From positions 4,576,001-4,640,000 of the forward strand of contig OY762069.1 in NCBI GenBank assembly GCA_963665095.1: a DNA stretch of 64,000 nucleotides. Direction: 5' to 3'. The position numbers and the translations under genes are program-made. This document shows, piece after piece, positions 55,213-64,000 of this stretch (positions are counted from its first letter, which is position 1; each line of letters opens with the position of its first letter). Below the pieces are notes generated by a model, which ran no database searches, was not told the origin of the DNA, and saw only the letters and a list, made by a program, of their open reading frames with translations. The DNA comes from an uncultured Desulfobacter sp. (lineage in GTDB: Bacteria; Desulfobacterota; Desulfobacteria; Desulfobacterales; Desulfobacteraceae).

Positions 55213-57909
55213 ATGACAAGCGCTTTGAATGAATGTCTTTCTTTGTTGCCGGCGTCAGTAAAAAACAGTCCCGGCACCACGGAACTGCCCGTTGTAGCTG
55301 TACTGAAACAGCTGGAAAAGGCTTTGGATAAAACCGGGCGGGCACTGTTCCAGGCCCCGCCCGGGGCCGGAAAAACCACACTTGTGCCCCTGGCACTCAT
55401 GAGCCGCCCCTGGCTTGAAAACAAAAAAATTATCATGCTGGAGCCCCGACGTCTGGCTGCCAGAGCCTGTGCCGCACATATGGCGGCCCTTCTTGGAGAA
55501 TCTGTTGGACAGACCATTGGATACCAGGTGCGTATGGACCGGTGTGTTTCAGATTCAACCCGGGTGGAAGTTGTCACGGAGGGTATTCTGACCCGCAGAA
55601 TACAGCATGATCCAGGGCTTGAGGGGGTGGGGCTTGTAATCTTTGATGAATTTCATGAACGCCACCTTCACGGAGACCTTGCCCTGGCCTTATGCCTTGA
55701 TGCGGCTGAGGTCTTTTGCCCCGATCTGCGTCTCCTGATCATGTCCGCCACCCTGGATACCAGTGCGTTGTCACGGCTTTTGGGCGATGCCCCGGTGATA
55801 ACCTCCAAAGGAAAAGCCTGGCCTGTTGAAACAAAATATGTGGACCCTCAACATCAAAAGGGAACCGGTATCCGGAATAGTGGATCAGGCCCTAAATGGG
55901 CGCGGATTTTACCCACATGCCTGAACACCATCATAAAGGCTTTGGCTGGCCATGACGGCGATATTCTGGTTTTTCTGCCAGGTGCCGCTTCCATCCGGGC
56001 GCTTGCAGAAAAATTGAATACAATCTTCAAATCGGACCCGAAGATCCGGATCTACCCGTTGTTTGGCAATCTGTCCTACAAAGAACAGCAAGCTGCCATT
56101 GTGCCGGCTCCAGCCGGAACCAGAAAAATTGTTCTTGCCACCCCGATTGCCGAGACCTCCTTGACAATCCAGGGCGTCCGGATCGTGGTGGATACAGGTC
56201 TGGTAAACCAGCCGGAATTTTCACCCGGCCGGGGTATGACACGGCTGGAAACCCGACCAGTGTCCCGGGCGTCGGCGGACCAGCGCAGGGGCCGGGCCGG
56301 ACGTACAGCTCCCGGTATCTGCTTTCGGCTGTGGCCGGAACATGTACACCAGGGACTGCTCCCTTTTAACCGGCCTGAAATTTTAATGACGGATTTAACC
56401 CACCTGATGCTTGAACTCAGTCTGTGGGGGGTAACAGACCCTGCTGATCTCAAGTGGCTGGATGCGCCTGCCGGACCTGCTGTTGACAGCGCACGTGCCC
56501 AGCTTATCTCCCTGAACGCCATGGACCCACACTACCGGATCACCAGTCATGGACGCCGGATGCTCACTGCAGGTATCCATCCCCGCCTGGCTCACATGAT
56601 AATTCGTGCCAAAGAGATGGGGCACGGGTTTCTGGGGTGCTGCCTGTGCGCTCTGTTTGAAGAGCGGGATATTATTGCTTCCGGTCGCGGCCGCATGGAT
56701 CCGGACATTGTGCTGCGTCTTGAGATCCTGGAGCAGTTGTCACAGGCCCCAAGGCAGGAAAACTCCCCAGGTCATCCGGATCGGGCTCGGTCCGTCCTTG
56801 CCCAGGCCCGGCGCCTGGCCACCATGTTAAAAATTTCGGACCGGCCGGGAAAAACGTCGGACGCAAAAATTTCTGCCTGGGATTTGTCGGCGGCAGGAAG
56901 GCTTCTGGCTCAGGCGTTTCCAGATCGAGTTGCGGCCCGGCGCACTCAAAAAGGCCTGTCATATTTAACTGCAGCTGGCAGCGGCGTCTTTTTTGAAGCA
57001 GAAAATGCCTTATCCAACCAGGAATTCATTGTAGCGTTTGAGGTGGATGGGAATCCGAAAAATGCCCGTGTTTTTCTGGCGGCCGCCCTGGACCGGACCG
57101 ATCTTGAACATGATTTTGCTCATGATCTGATCCTTCGGGATGTGGTGGCCTGGGATAGTGCGTCTCGGATTGTTAAAGCCGTGTCTCAGACCTGCCTGGG
57201 CGCCATCGTGGTCAGGGAGACGCCTTTGTCCTGTCCGGACCCGGAAAGGGTTCAGGACGCTTTGATGCAAGGTGTCAGAGAGACAGGGCTTCAGATGTTT
57301 GACTGGCCAAAAAAGACAGTGGATTTCAGGCACAGGGTGCTTTTTTTAAAATCGTTGGCAACAGACAGCACGTTAAATCCCACCTTGCTACGGTTCTCTC
57401 AGTTGCCGGATGTAAGCGATCAGGGCCTTGTTAAAACCCTGGAGAGATGGCTTGGGCCATTTATTTCGGGGACAGCATCCGGGGCCGGGCTAAAGCACCT
57501 GGATCTGGATGCCGCGGTAAAAAGTCTTTTTACCTGGAATCAGCTCACACTGATAGACCAGGAGACACCTACCCATTTCCGGGTGCCATCAGGTTCGTCC
57601 ATACCCATCCGCTACACAGACAAAAACGGTCCACTGGCCTCTCCTGTACTGGCGGTCAGAATCCAGGAAATATTCGGGATGACCGCTACACCGGCCATTG
57701 CCGGCGGTCATGTGCATCTCACCCTTCACCTGCTGTCTCCGGCGTCCCGCCCTGTCCAGATCACCACAGACCTTGCGAATTTTTGGGCACACACCTATCA
57801 GGAGGTTAAAAAAGATCTCATGGGACGTTACCCAAAACATTTCTGGCCACAAGACCCGTTATCCGCCCCTGCCACATCGCGGGCAAAACCACGGAAACAG
57901 CACCGGTGA
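55213..57909 (+). CDS. hrpB: ATP-dependent helicase HrpB
   Basis: APPGAGKTT, EPRRLAA, DEFHER, MSAT, QRRGRAGR and GRYPKHFWP motifs. Confidence 0.95.
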   Translation: MTSALNECLSLLPASVKNSPGTTELPVVAVLKQLEKALDKTGRALFQAPPGAGKTTLVPLALMSRPWLENKKIIMLEPRRLAARACAAHMAALLGESVGQTIGYQVRMDRCVSDSTRVEVVTEGILTRRIQHDPGLEGVGLVIFDEFHERHLHGDLALALCLDAAEVFCPDLRLLIMSATLDTSALSRLLGDAPVITSKGKAWPVETKYVDPQHQKGTGIRNSGSGPKWARILPTCLNTIIKALAGHDGDILVFLPGAASIRALAEKLNTIFKSDPKIRIYPLFGNLSYKEQQAAIVPAPAGTRKIVLATPIAETSLTIQGVRIVVDTGLVNQPEFSPGRGMTRLETRPVSRASADQRRGRAGRTAPGICFRLWPEHVHQGLLPFNRPEILMTDLTHLMLELSLWGVTDPADLKWLDAPAGPAVDSARAQLISLNAMDPHYRITSHGRRMLTAGIHPRLAHMIIRAKEMGHGFLGCCLCALFEERDIIASGRGRMDPDIVLRLEILEQLSQAPRQENSPGHPDRARSVLAQARRLATMLKISDRPGKTSDAKISAWDLSAAGRLLAQAFPDRVAARRTQKGLSYLTAAGSGVFFEAENALSNQEFIVAFEVDGNPKNARVFLAAALDRTDLEHDFAHDLILRDVVAWDSASRIVKAVSQTCLGAIVVRETPLSCPDPERVQDALMQGVRETGLQMFDWPKKTVDFRHRVLFLKSLATDSTLNPTLLRFSQLPDVSDQGLVKTLERWLGPFISGTASGAGLKHLDLDAAVKSLFTWNQLTLIDQETPTHFRVPSGSSIPIRYTDKNGPLASPVLAVRIQEIFGMTATPAIAGGHVHLTLHLLSPASRPVQITTDLANFWAHTYQEVKKDLMGRYPKHFWPQDPLSAPATSRAKPRKQHR

Positions 57910-58367
57910 TCAGGCTAAAACTAAAAATGTAGATTTAAAACAACCCGTTTTGTTTCAAATGGTGGCAAAAGTAGTCTAATTCATCCATTCATCGAATTTC
58001 CACATAAAACCTGAAATAATTTATTGAATTCTAAGTGAATCGGTGCTAAGAAACCTATCCTGTAGAATAGAATGTTTTGCCTCTCCTACAGGCAACCGAC
58101 GCGAAGCGATTGCAACAGGACTGAGCAGGTATTGAACTGGTTTTATGGAAGGTTTTTGATTTATTAACTTTTGAACGGCATCTGAACTTGTAACGGATTA
58201 CGGCAATAGCGGCGTTGCGTTTCTTTTAGGGCAATACCCAAAATATATAAAATTTTTGCGTATCCCAAATATTGAAGCATACAATTCCTATTTCCATATA
58301 GTTTACCAAGGGCCTTGTTGCGGCCTTAGAAATAAGCAGGTGCCGGAAATTTTAAAAAGGATTTATA

Positions 58368-59672
58368 ATGGAAGGCGCACTGATCCCCATTATTGTGTTT
58401 CTGGCTGTATACGCGGTAATTACCTTTGAGCTTGTCAACAAGGCTGTGGCCGCTTTATTAGGCGTTATGGTACTGCTGATTCTCCACGTTGTGGATGAAC
58501 ATGAAGCCGTACAGATGATTGATTTTGAAACCATCATGCTGCTGCTGGGCATGATGTCCATTGTGGCAATTCTGCGACGGTCCGGTGTGTTTGCCATGCT
58601 TTCGGTCAAAATCGCCAGTCTGACCGGTGGCAATCCCTTAAAAATCCTGGTGCTGTTTTCCGTTGTGACGGCAGTCATGTCTGCATTTCTTGATAATGTT
58701 ACCACTGTTCTGATCATTATTCCCATCATTATTGAACTGTCCAAGGGCATGGGGCTGGATCCCAAAATTTTTGTCATCAGCCAGGCCGTGATCTCCAATA
58801 TCGGTGGAACCGCCACCCTCATTGGTGATCCGCCCAATATTATCATTGGTTCAAAGGTGGGATTGTCCTTTAATCAGTTTATGATTTATCTGACAGGGCC
58901 TGTTGTTGTGACATTTTTCGTTGCACTGTTCTACCTGTGGTACACCAATCGGGACAAATTCAAACCCATTGATGACAGCCTTGTGAAACTGTTCAATATC
59001 CAGCTGCTGCTGGAAAAAATAAAAATAGAATTTGTAAATACCAAAATCGATAAAAAGATGATGATCAAGGGCCTTGCCTGTCTTGGCATCGCCATTCTGC
59101 TTTTTGTGACCCAAACCATTACCAAAATGTCCCCGGGCGTGGTGGCCGTATTTATGGCCATGATTCTGTTCGTTGTTTCCGGTGCTGATGTTGAGCACAT
59201 GCTTGAGGATGTGGAATGGTCCACGCTGCTGTTCTTTGCCGGTCTTTTCATTCTTGTTGGGGTCCTGGAGCATAAAGGCGTTATTGAGTGGGTGGCCCAC
59301 AAAGTCTTTTTACGCATCGGTGACAATCCGTATGTCATGGTACTCACAGTATTGTGGGTATCGGGAATCGTGTCCGGTTTTCTGGATAACATCCCCTTTA
59401 CCATTACCATGATCCCCATTGTTCACCTGATGCTCGAGAACACCCCTATTCCCCACAACATTCTGTGGTGGGCGTTAAGTTTAGGGGCGTGTTTTGGCGG
59501 CAACCTGACCATGATCGGGGCGTCTGCCAATATTGTATCGGTGGGCATCGCCAAACAGTCCAAGGTGAACATCAGTTTTCTTGAGTTCATGAAGGTGGGC
59601 GCTGCTGTAACGTTTATCAGTTTAATTATCAGTTCTATCCTTTTAACCCTATTTTTATGGTGGGCATTATAA
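58368..59672 (+). CDS. ArsB/NhaD (ion transporter superfamily) permease
   Basis: SAFLDNVTT, IGGTATLIGDPPN, GFLDNIPF and GGNLTMIGASAN motifs; many TM segments. Confidence 0.9.
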   Translation: MEGALIPIIVFLAVYAVITFELVNKAVAALLGVMVLLILHVVDEHEAVQMIDFETIMLLLGMMSIVAILRRSGVFAMLSVKIASLTGGNPLKILVLFSVVTAVMSAFLDNVTTVLIIIPIIIELSKGMGLDPKIFVISQAVISNIGGTATLIGDPPNIIIGSKVGLSFNQFMIYLTGPVVVTFFVALFYLWYTNRDKFKPIDDSLVKLFNIQLLLEKIKIEFVNTKIDKKMMIKGLACLGIAILLFVTQTITKMSPGVVAVFMAMILFVVSGADVEHMLEDVEWSTLLFFAGLFILVGVLEHKGVIEWVAHKVFLRIGDNPYVMVLTVLWVSGIVSGFLDNIPFTITMIPIVHLMLENTPIPHNILWWALSLGACFGGNLTMIGASANIVSVGIAKQSKVNISFLEFMKVGAAVTFISLIISSILLTLFLWWAL

Positions 59673-60643
59673 TGAATAAAAAAAACCAAGCCAATATGTA
59701 TAAGCTGATCCGGGACCTCAGCGAAGTCCAGGGGACAGCCCGGATTACCGAAATGTGTTTAAAAGCCTTTATTGAGTCCATTCGTCTGCTTAAATGCAAA
59801 CGGGACCAAATGGTGGCGCTTTACCGGGATCTGGCCCGGGCCATCCGCTCTTCCCAACCGGCCATCATTCCCCTGATCCGTCTGCTGGAGTACTTTGAGT
59901 CGGATATGGAACGTGAAATTAAACCTGAAATGGATGTTGATGAGGTTAAGAAGGTCAGCATCAGAAGCCTTGAGGAACGGATTTCCCAGTTCCGTCGTAA
60001 TACCACCCGGGTGACTGAAAACGGCCTGGCTTATGTGAAAAATCGTGACGTGATCATTGTCCATTCCCCCAGCACCGTGGTTAACAATATCCTGGTCCAG
60101 GCCAGAAAAGAGCTGAAGCGGGAGTTCAAGGTGATTGTTCTTGACCTGCTGACTGAAAGGACCCGCCAGACCGTTCAGGCTCTTCAGGATGCCGGTGTGG
60201 AATATATTGTAACTCCGGCCCATAACTTAAGCCACCATGTTGACAATGCAAACAAAATGTTTCTCGGTGCCATGACCATTACCAAGGACCGCAAAATTGT
60301 GGCACCTGTTGGTATGGCCGGTTCTGTATCCATGTGCCGTCATCACGGTGTTGAGGTCCATCTGTTTGCCAATACCCTGAACTGGTCCACCAGAACCTCG
60401 GCAGAACAGAACATTTTTCAGGCTGAGGAAGCCGCTCAGATCGGCAGTACGGATTTTTCCATGACCACCCATTCCCACAGTCTGGTCAGCCTTGATTTGA
60501 TTGACCATATTGTTACAGAAATCGGAGAGGTCTCTGCTGAAGGCAAACTGGTGATTCCGCCCGTTGAAGCGACATCCGGCGTTCCCAACGATGAAAAAAT
60601 GTCGTTTACAACAACAGGTATACCGGAAATGTCTCCATCCTGA
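59672..60643 (+). CDS. eIF2B alpha/beta/delta / ribose-1,5-bisphosphate isomerase-like protein with a degenerate active site
   Basis: Helical N-domain, DVIIVHSPSTVV, MFLGAMTIT and LIDHIVTEIG; TAATG coupling to the transporter. Confidence 0.8.
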   Translation: MNKKNQANMYKLIRDLSEVQGTARITEMCLKAFIESIRLLKCKRDQMVALYRDLARAIRSSQPAIIPLIRLLEYFESDMEREIKPEMDVDEVKKVSIRSLEERISQFRRNTTRVTENGLAYVKNRDVIIVHSPSTVVNNILVQARKELKREFKVIVLDLLTERTRQTVQALQDAGVEYIVTPAHNLSHHVDNANKMFLGAMTITKDRKIVAPVGMAGSVSMCRHHGVEVHLFANTLNWSTRTSAEQNIFQAEEAAQIGSTDFSMTTHSHSLVSLDLIDHIVTEIGEVSAEGKLVIPPVEATSGVPNDEKMSFTTTGIPEMSPS

Positions 60644-60728
60644 TGAAAATCCAAAAGACGACTGCGGTCGTATTTTAAGGAACACTGCGTCACACCCAGA
60701 TAACACTGGGTGACGGCAGGCAATAGAT

Positions 60729-60769
60729 ATATCCCGTCCGGGGTCACAACCCGGTCGGGATATTTTTTT
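60729..60769 (+). terminator. Intrinsic terminator
   Basis: ATATCCCGTCCGGG-GTCACAA-CCCGGTCGGGATATTTTTTT. Confidence 0.8.
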
Positions 60770-60869
60770 AAGGCCTGTGTACGAACATCTCTTTTATGCA
60801 CCTTTTAATATGTACGGATTTCCAGGCGATATGCCACGGGAAGCTCTTCTGGTCTCTTGAAAAATTCGC

Positions 60870-60898
60870 TTTACATCCCTGGACCGCCATCGTATTAT
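60870..60898 (+). promoter_or_regulatory. Sigma-70 promoter upstream of a long leader for the hybrid kinase
   Basis: TTTACA-N17-TATTAT. Confidence 0.55.
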
Positions 60899-61150
60899 TC
60901 TACCATATGGTGCCTGGCATACCTTACAACCGGGGAGTAGTCAGGCGCTCTGTCGTTTACATTCGCTCACACTAGAAAACTGCAATCCCAAAAATCTTGA
61001 CCTTATACACTTAAAGCGAAGAGGGTTGAAATATAAAGACAGACGTTCGTCTTCAGGAAATATTTCGCTATTTCTTATCGTCCCGATAAGATGTGGCGGG
61101 CTTTCTTTATATCAGCCGGTATTTTGAAGCAATAGCCAAGGAGATGCAGG

Positions 61151-63625
61151 ATGTCTCATACTGCAAAAATTTTGATTGTTAATGACGACAAACATGTTCG
61201 ACAAAGCGTTGACAGTTTTTGCCAGTCCCTTGGATTTGAATCTGTCTGCGCAGAAAACGGCCAGGCAGGCCTGCATCTTCTTGAGGCCCAGAATCCGGAT
61301 CTGATACTGCTGGATCTTGAGATTTCCGATATGAACGGCCTGGACATACTGGCGCAAAGCAGAAAAATAGTCCCTGACACCCCCGTGATTGCAATCGCTG
61401 AAAAAAAACTGGCGGAAAAAATGGTGCAGGCCTTGAAACTTGGGGCTTGTGACTGTCTGAAAAAACCAATTCACAATTTTTCAATTTTAGAGCACTCAAT
61501 CAAAGAGGCCCTGGATAAAGCCCGGTTAATTAAAGAAAATCAGGATTACCAGTTTCATCTGGAAAAAATGGTCAAAAATCGAACGGCAGAGCTTGAAAAG
61601 GTCAATTCGAATTTAACTCTTTTTAACAACCGGTTGCACTCACTTGTGGAGACCATCGGGGGGCTGGCCTTGTGCAAAGACATGGTTCAATACCCCGGCC
61701 TGGTCCTGGAAAAATTTTCAGCACAGATAGAGGCAGACGGCGGTAGCCTCTATGTGGTAAATGAACACGGGTTAAGGCTTATGGCAGCCATAGATCCCGG
61801 TCATGCCGCCATATCCCTTCCTTTTCCTTTGCCTGCCGGCTCCATTCTCCATCAGGTACTTGCCCAAAAAAAGCCGTTGCTGGTAAAGGATATTACCCAG
61901 GTTGAAGATATCAGGCCCAGCTCATGGCACGGGTATACGGACGGCTCCCTGCTCAGTTTTCCGGTCCTTGATGCCAGCGGCGGCCAGGTAGAGGCGGTTA
62001 TCAGCCTGCACAGCAGGCAAAATGCCCCGTTTACAGAACAGGATAAAGAGATCGGCACTATCCTGGCGTCCTATTCAAGCGAAACCCTGCGGGCTGTCCG
62101 GGCCTTTTATGCGGTTCAGAAAAGCGAGGTCCGTTACCGGACACTTTTTGAAAAATCAAACGATGCTATATTTATCGTGGATAAGCACACCGGACAGTAC
62201 AGGGACTGTAACAAAGCAGGTGCTGCCCTTGTCGGCCGCCCGATTAACGAGATCAGGAAGCTGACCAGAAACGATTTAACGGCCGAAGTGGAGGCTTCCC
62301 AGGGGCGACGACAAGGGACAAGGCGAGCCCCATCGCATCTGTTACCGCCGGAGACCGTCATGTACCTGCGTCCGGATAGCACCCGTCGGCCTGCAAAGGT
62401 AAATATTGTTCCTCTGGATAAACAGCTGGAAATCGAGATTGCAAGGGATATCTCCCAGGACCTTGAAATGGAACGGCAGCTTAGACACTCCAGAAAAATG
62501 GAGGCCATTGGCACCCTGGCAGGCGGCATTGCCCATGATTTTAATAATATTCTGTCCGGTATTCTTGGATATTCCCAGCTTGTGGAGATCCATGCGGATA
62601 ACCCGGAGGCCGTTAAAAGAAACCTGGCACAGGTAATCAAGGGGGCTGCCCGGGCCGGAGAATTGGTTCAGCAGATTCTGACTTTCAGCCGCCAGGTGGA
62701 GCACGAGCCCAAACCCCTTCGGCTCTACCTTATCGTTAAGGAGGCTGTAAAGTTTTTACGGTCATCCATTCCCTCAAGCATTGAAATTATAGAGAAAATC
62801 ACCAGTCGTAACCAGGTCATGGCAGATGCCACCCAGGTCCACCAGGTAATCATCAACCTGTGTACCAATGCCTACCATGCCATTGGCGACCATTGCCAGG
62901 GCCGGATGACGGTTGCCCTGGAAGATATTGAGCTGGATCAGACACAGGCCCGGCATGGCTGCGACCCCGGCCGCTACGTCCGGTTACGGGTGGCAGATAC
63001 AGGAAAAGGCATCGACCAGAGTATCATAGACAGAATTTTTGACCCCTATTTTACCACCAAGGAGATGAGCCAGGGCACCGGGCTCGGCCTGGCTGTGGTG
63101 GACGGCATTGTAAAAAAACACAATGGATTTATCAGGGTTAACACCCAGGCGGACCATGGGACTGAGTTCAGCGTGTTCTTTCCCGAGGCCGACATGGCTG
63201 TGAACACTGCTGAAGACCGGCCTGCGTCCCGGGAACTTGTAAAAGGATCCGGGCATGTACTGCTGGTGGAGGATGAGGTGCCCATTCTTGACACAGTCTG
63301 TAAAATTTTAGAAAAAATCGGATACCAGGTGGACGATTTCCTGGACGGAAAATCTGCCATGACGGCTTTTGAACAGGACCCGCACAGATACGACATTGTC
63401 ATAACTGACATGAGCATGCCCCAGATGAACGGAAGGGACCTGGCAAGGGGAATTCTGGCATTACGGCCTGATATGCCCATTATCCTCTGCACAGGATTTC
63501 ACGAAACCTTTACCCGGGAAAAGGCGCTTAAGGAGGGCATCAGGCGGTATATCCAGAAGCCGGTCACCGGCCGGGAGCTGTCTGTCATTATCAAAGAGGA
63601 GATCTGTGGAAGAAAAGGCCGATGA
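61151..63625 (+). CDS. Cytoplasmic hybrid histidine kinase (REC-GAF-PAS-HisKA-HATPase-REC)
   Basis: LILLD receiver, GAF, PAS (FEKSNDAIF), IAHDFNN, NLCTNA, GTGLGL and IVITDMSMP motifs. Confidence 0.93.
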   Translation: MSHTAKILIVNDDKHVRQSVDSFCQSLGFESVCAENGQAGLHLLEAQNPDLILLDLEISDMNGLDILAQSRKIVPDTPVIAIAEKKLAEKMVQALKLGACDCLKKPIHNFSILEHSIKEALDKARLIKENQDYQFHLEKMVKNRTAELEKVNSNLTLFNNRLHSLVETIGGLALCKDMVQYPGLVLEKFSAQIEADGGSLYVVNEHGLRLMAAIDPGHAAISLPFPLPAGSILHQVLAQKKPLLVKDITQVEDIRPSSWHGYTDGSLLSFPVLDASGGQVEAVISLHSRQNAPFTEQDKEIGTILASYSSETLRAVRAFYAVQKSEVRYRTLFEKSNDAIFIVDKHTGQYRDCNKAGAALVGRPINEIRKLTRNDLTAEVEASQGRRQGTRRAPSHLLPPETVMYLRPDSTRRPAKVNIVPLDKQLEIEIARDISQDLEMERQLRHSRKMEAIGTLAGGIAHDFNNILSGILGYSQLVEIHADNPEAVKRNLAQVIKGAARAGELVQQILTFSRQVEHEPKPLRLYLIVKEAVKFLRSSIPSSIEIIEKITSRNQVMADATQVHQVIINLCTNAYHAIGDHCQGRMTVALEDIELDQTQARHGCDPGRYVRLRVADTGKGIDQSIIDRIFDPYFTTKEMSQGTGLGLAVVDGIVKKHNGFIRVNTQADHGTEFSVFFPEADMAVNTAEDRPASRELVKGSGHVLLVEDEVPILDTVCKILEKIGYQVDDFLDGKSAMTAFEQDPHRYDIVITDMSMPQMNGRDLARGILALRPDMPIILCTGFHETFTREKALKEGIRRYIQKPVTGRELSVIIKEEICGRKGR

Positions 63626-63642
63626 TCGTCGTAAGTTGTTCT

Positions 63643-63666
63643 CCGGCACAGAAAAATCTGTGCCGG
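63643..63666. terminator. Hairpin between the convergent kinase and ilvC genes
   Basis: CCGGCACAGA-AAAA-TCTGTGCCGG. Confidence 0.65.
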
Positions 63667-63760
63667 AAATTTTGCCGTGTCGCATCTGGCAGGGATTTTC
63701 CGGCAGAACAAAGGATTGTAAGATAGAGGGAATCTCTTTTGCAATGCCGAAAAACTTCAG

Positions 63761-64000
63761 TTAACGCAATGCTTTCATGGCACCCATATAGCCGCGCAGC
63801 TTTTTGCCCACAATTTCAACAGGATGGTTACGAATGGCCTCATTGACTTTAATCAGCCGGATATTATCGCAGCCGTTGTCGGAAAGATCAGGTCCTTTTC
63901 CAATAACATCAATATCAAGGCCTTCCATAAACTCTTTAAGCAGGGGTACTGCTGTATGGGCAAACAGGTAACAGCCGTATTCCGCAGTATCTGAAATCAC
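63761..64000 (-). CDS. ilvC: Ketol-acid reductoisomerase, C-terminal end (long-form type; partial)
   Basis: [12 protein letters not shown]...[21 protein letters not shown]. Confidence 0.88.
   Translation of the reverse strand: MISDTAEYGCYLFAHTAVPLLKEFMEGLDIDVIGKGPDLSDNGCDNIRLIKVNEAIRNHPVEIVGKKLRGYMGAMKALR

Noticed and set aside
59672..60643. Calling the eIF2B-like gene mtnA or an R15P isomerase
   Set aside because: Catalytic and phosphate-binding motifs are substituted and no pathway neighbours are present
60930..61030. yybP-ykoY manganese riboswitch as a firm feature
   Set aside because: Only the 5' GGGGAGTAG motif matches; the closing GAGACC/P1 is missing and the downstream gene is atypical

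Overview
A bacterial chromosome segment whose gene content is typical of sulfate-reducing Desulfobacterales-like Deltaproteobacteria; the taxonomy is inferred, not proven. Left to right it holds: (i) a sigma-54-controlled beta-oxidation operon (hbd, acyl-CoA dehydrogenase, thiolase) with a divergent GAF-type activator and a double-Cache MCP; (ii) a ~4 kb AT-rich accessory segment (7.8-11.8 kb) bracketed by a 13-bp direct repeat, carrying HipBA, VapBC, decayed relics and an internally deleted IS110/IS1111-type transposase whose 3' non-coding end is preserved and contains three related stem-loop modules resembling a bridge RNA; (iii) a PEP-CTERM protein with a sigma-54 promoter beside an envelope cluster (AMIN/beta-barrel, LolA-like, PrsT-like TPR proteins, ExeA-OmpA ATPase, membrane-anchored RelE-like protein); (iv) housekeeping genes (dnaN-gyrB-ssb without dnaA/recF/gyrA, cheD-HDOD, fused hisHF, asnS, radical SAM, rng, rpmH-rnpA-yidD-yidC-jag-mnmE, panC, mobB, hrpB, ilvC); and (v) signalling genes plus an ArsB/NhaD-type transporter coupled to a catalytically degenerate eIF2B/R15P-isomerase-like protein. 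The best novelty candidates are the three-module IS110 non-coding RNA with its repeat-bounded TA cargo, the transporter plus pseudo-eIF2B pair, and the membrane-tethered RelE-like protein. No rRNA, tRNA or CRISPR array was seen. All calls were made by eye, with no database searches.
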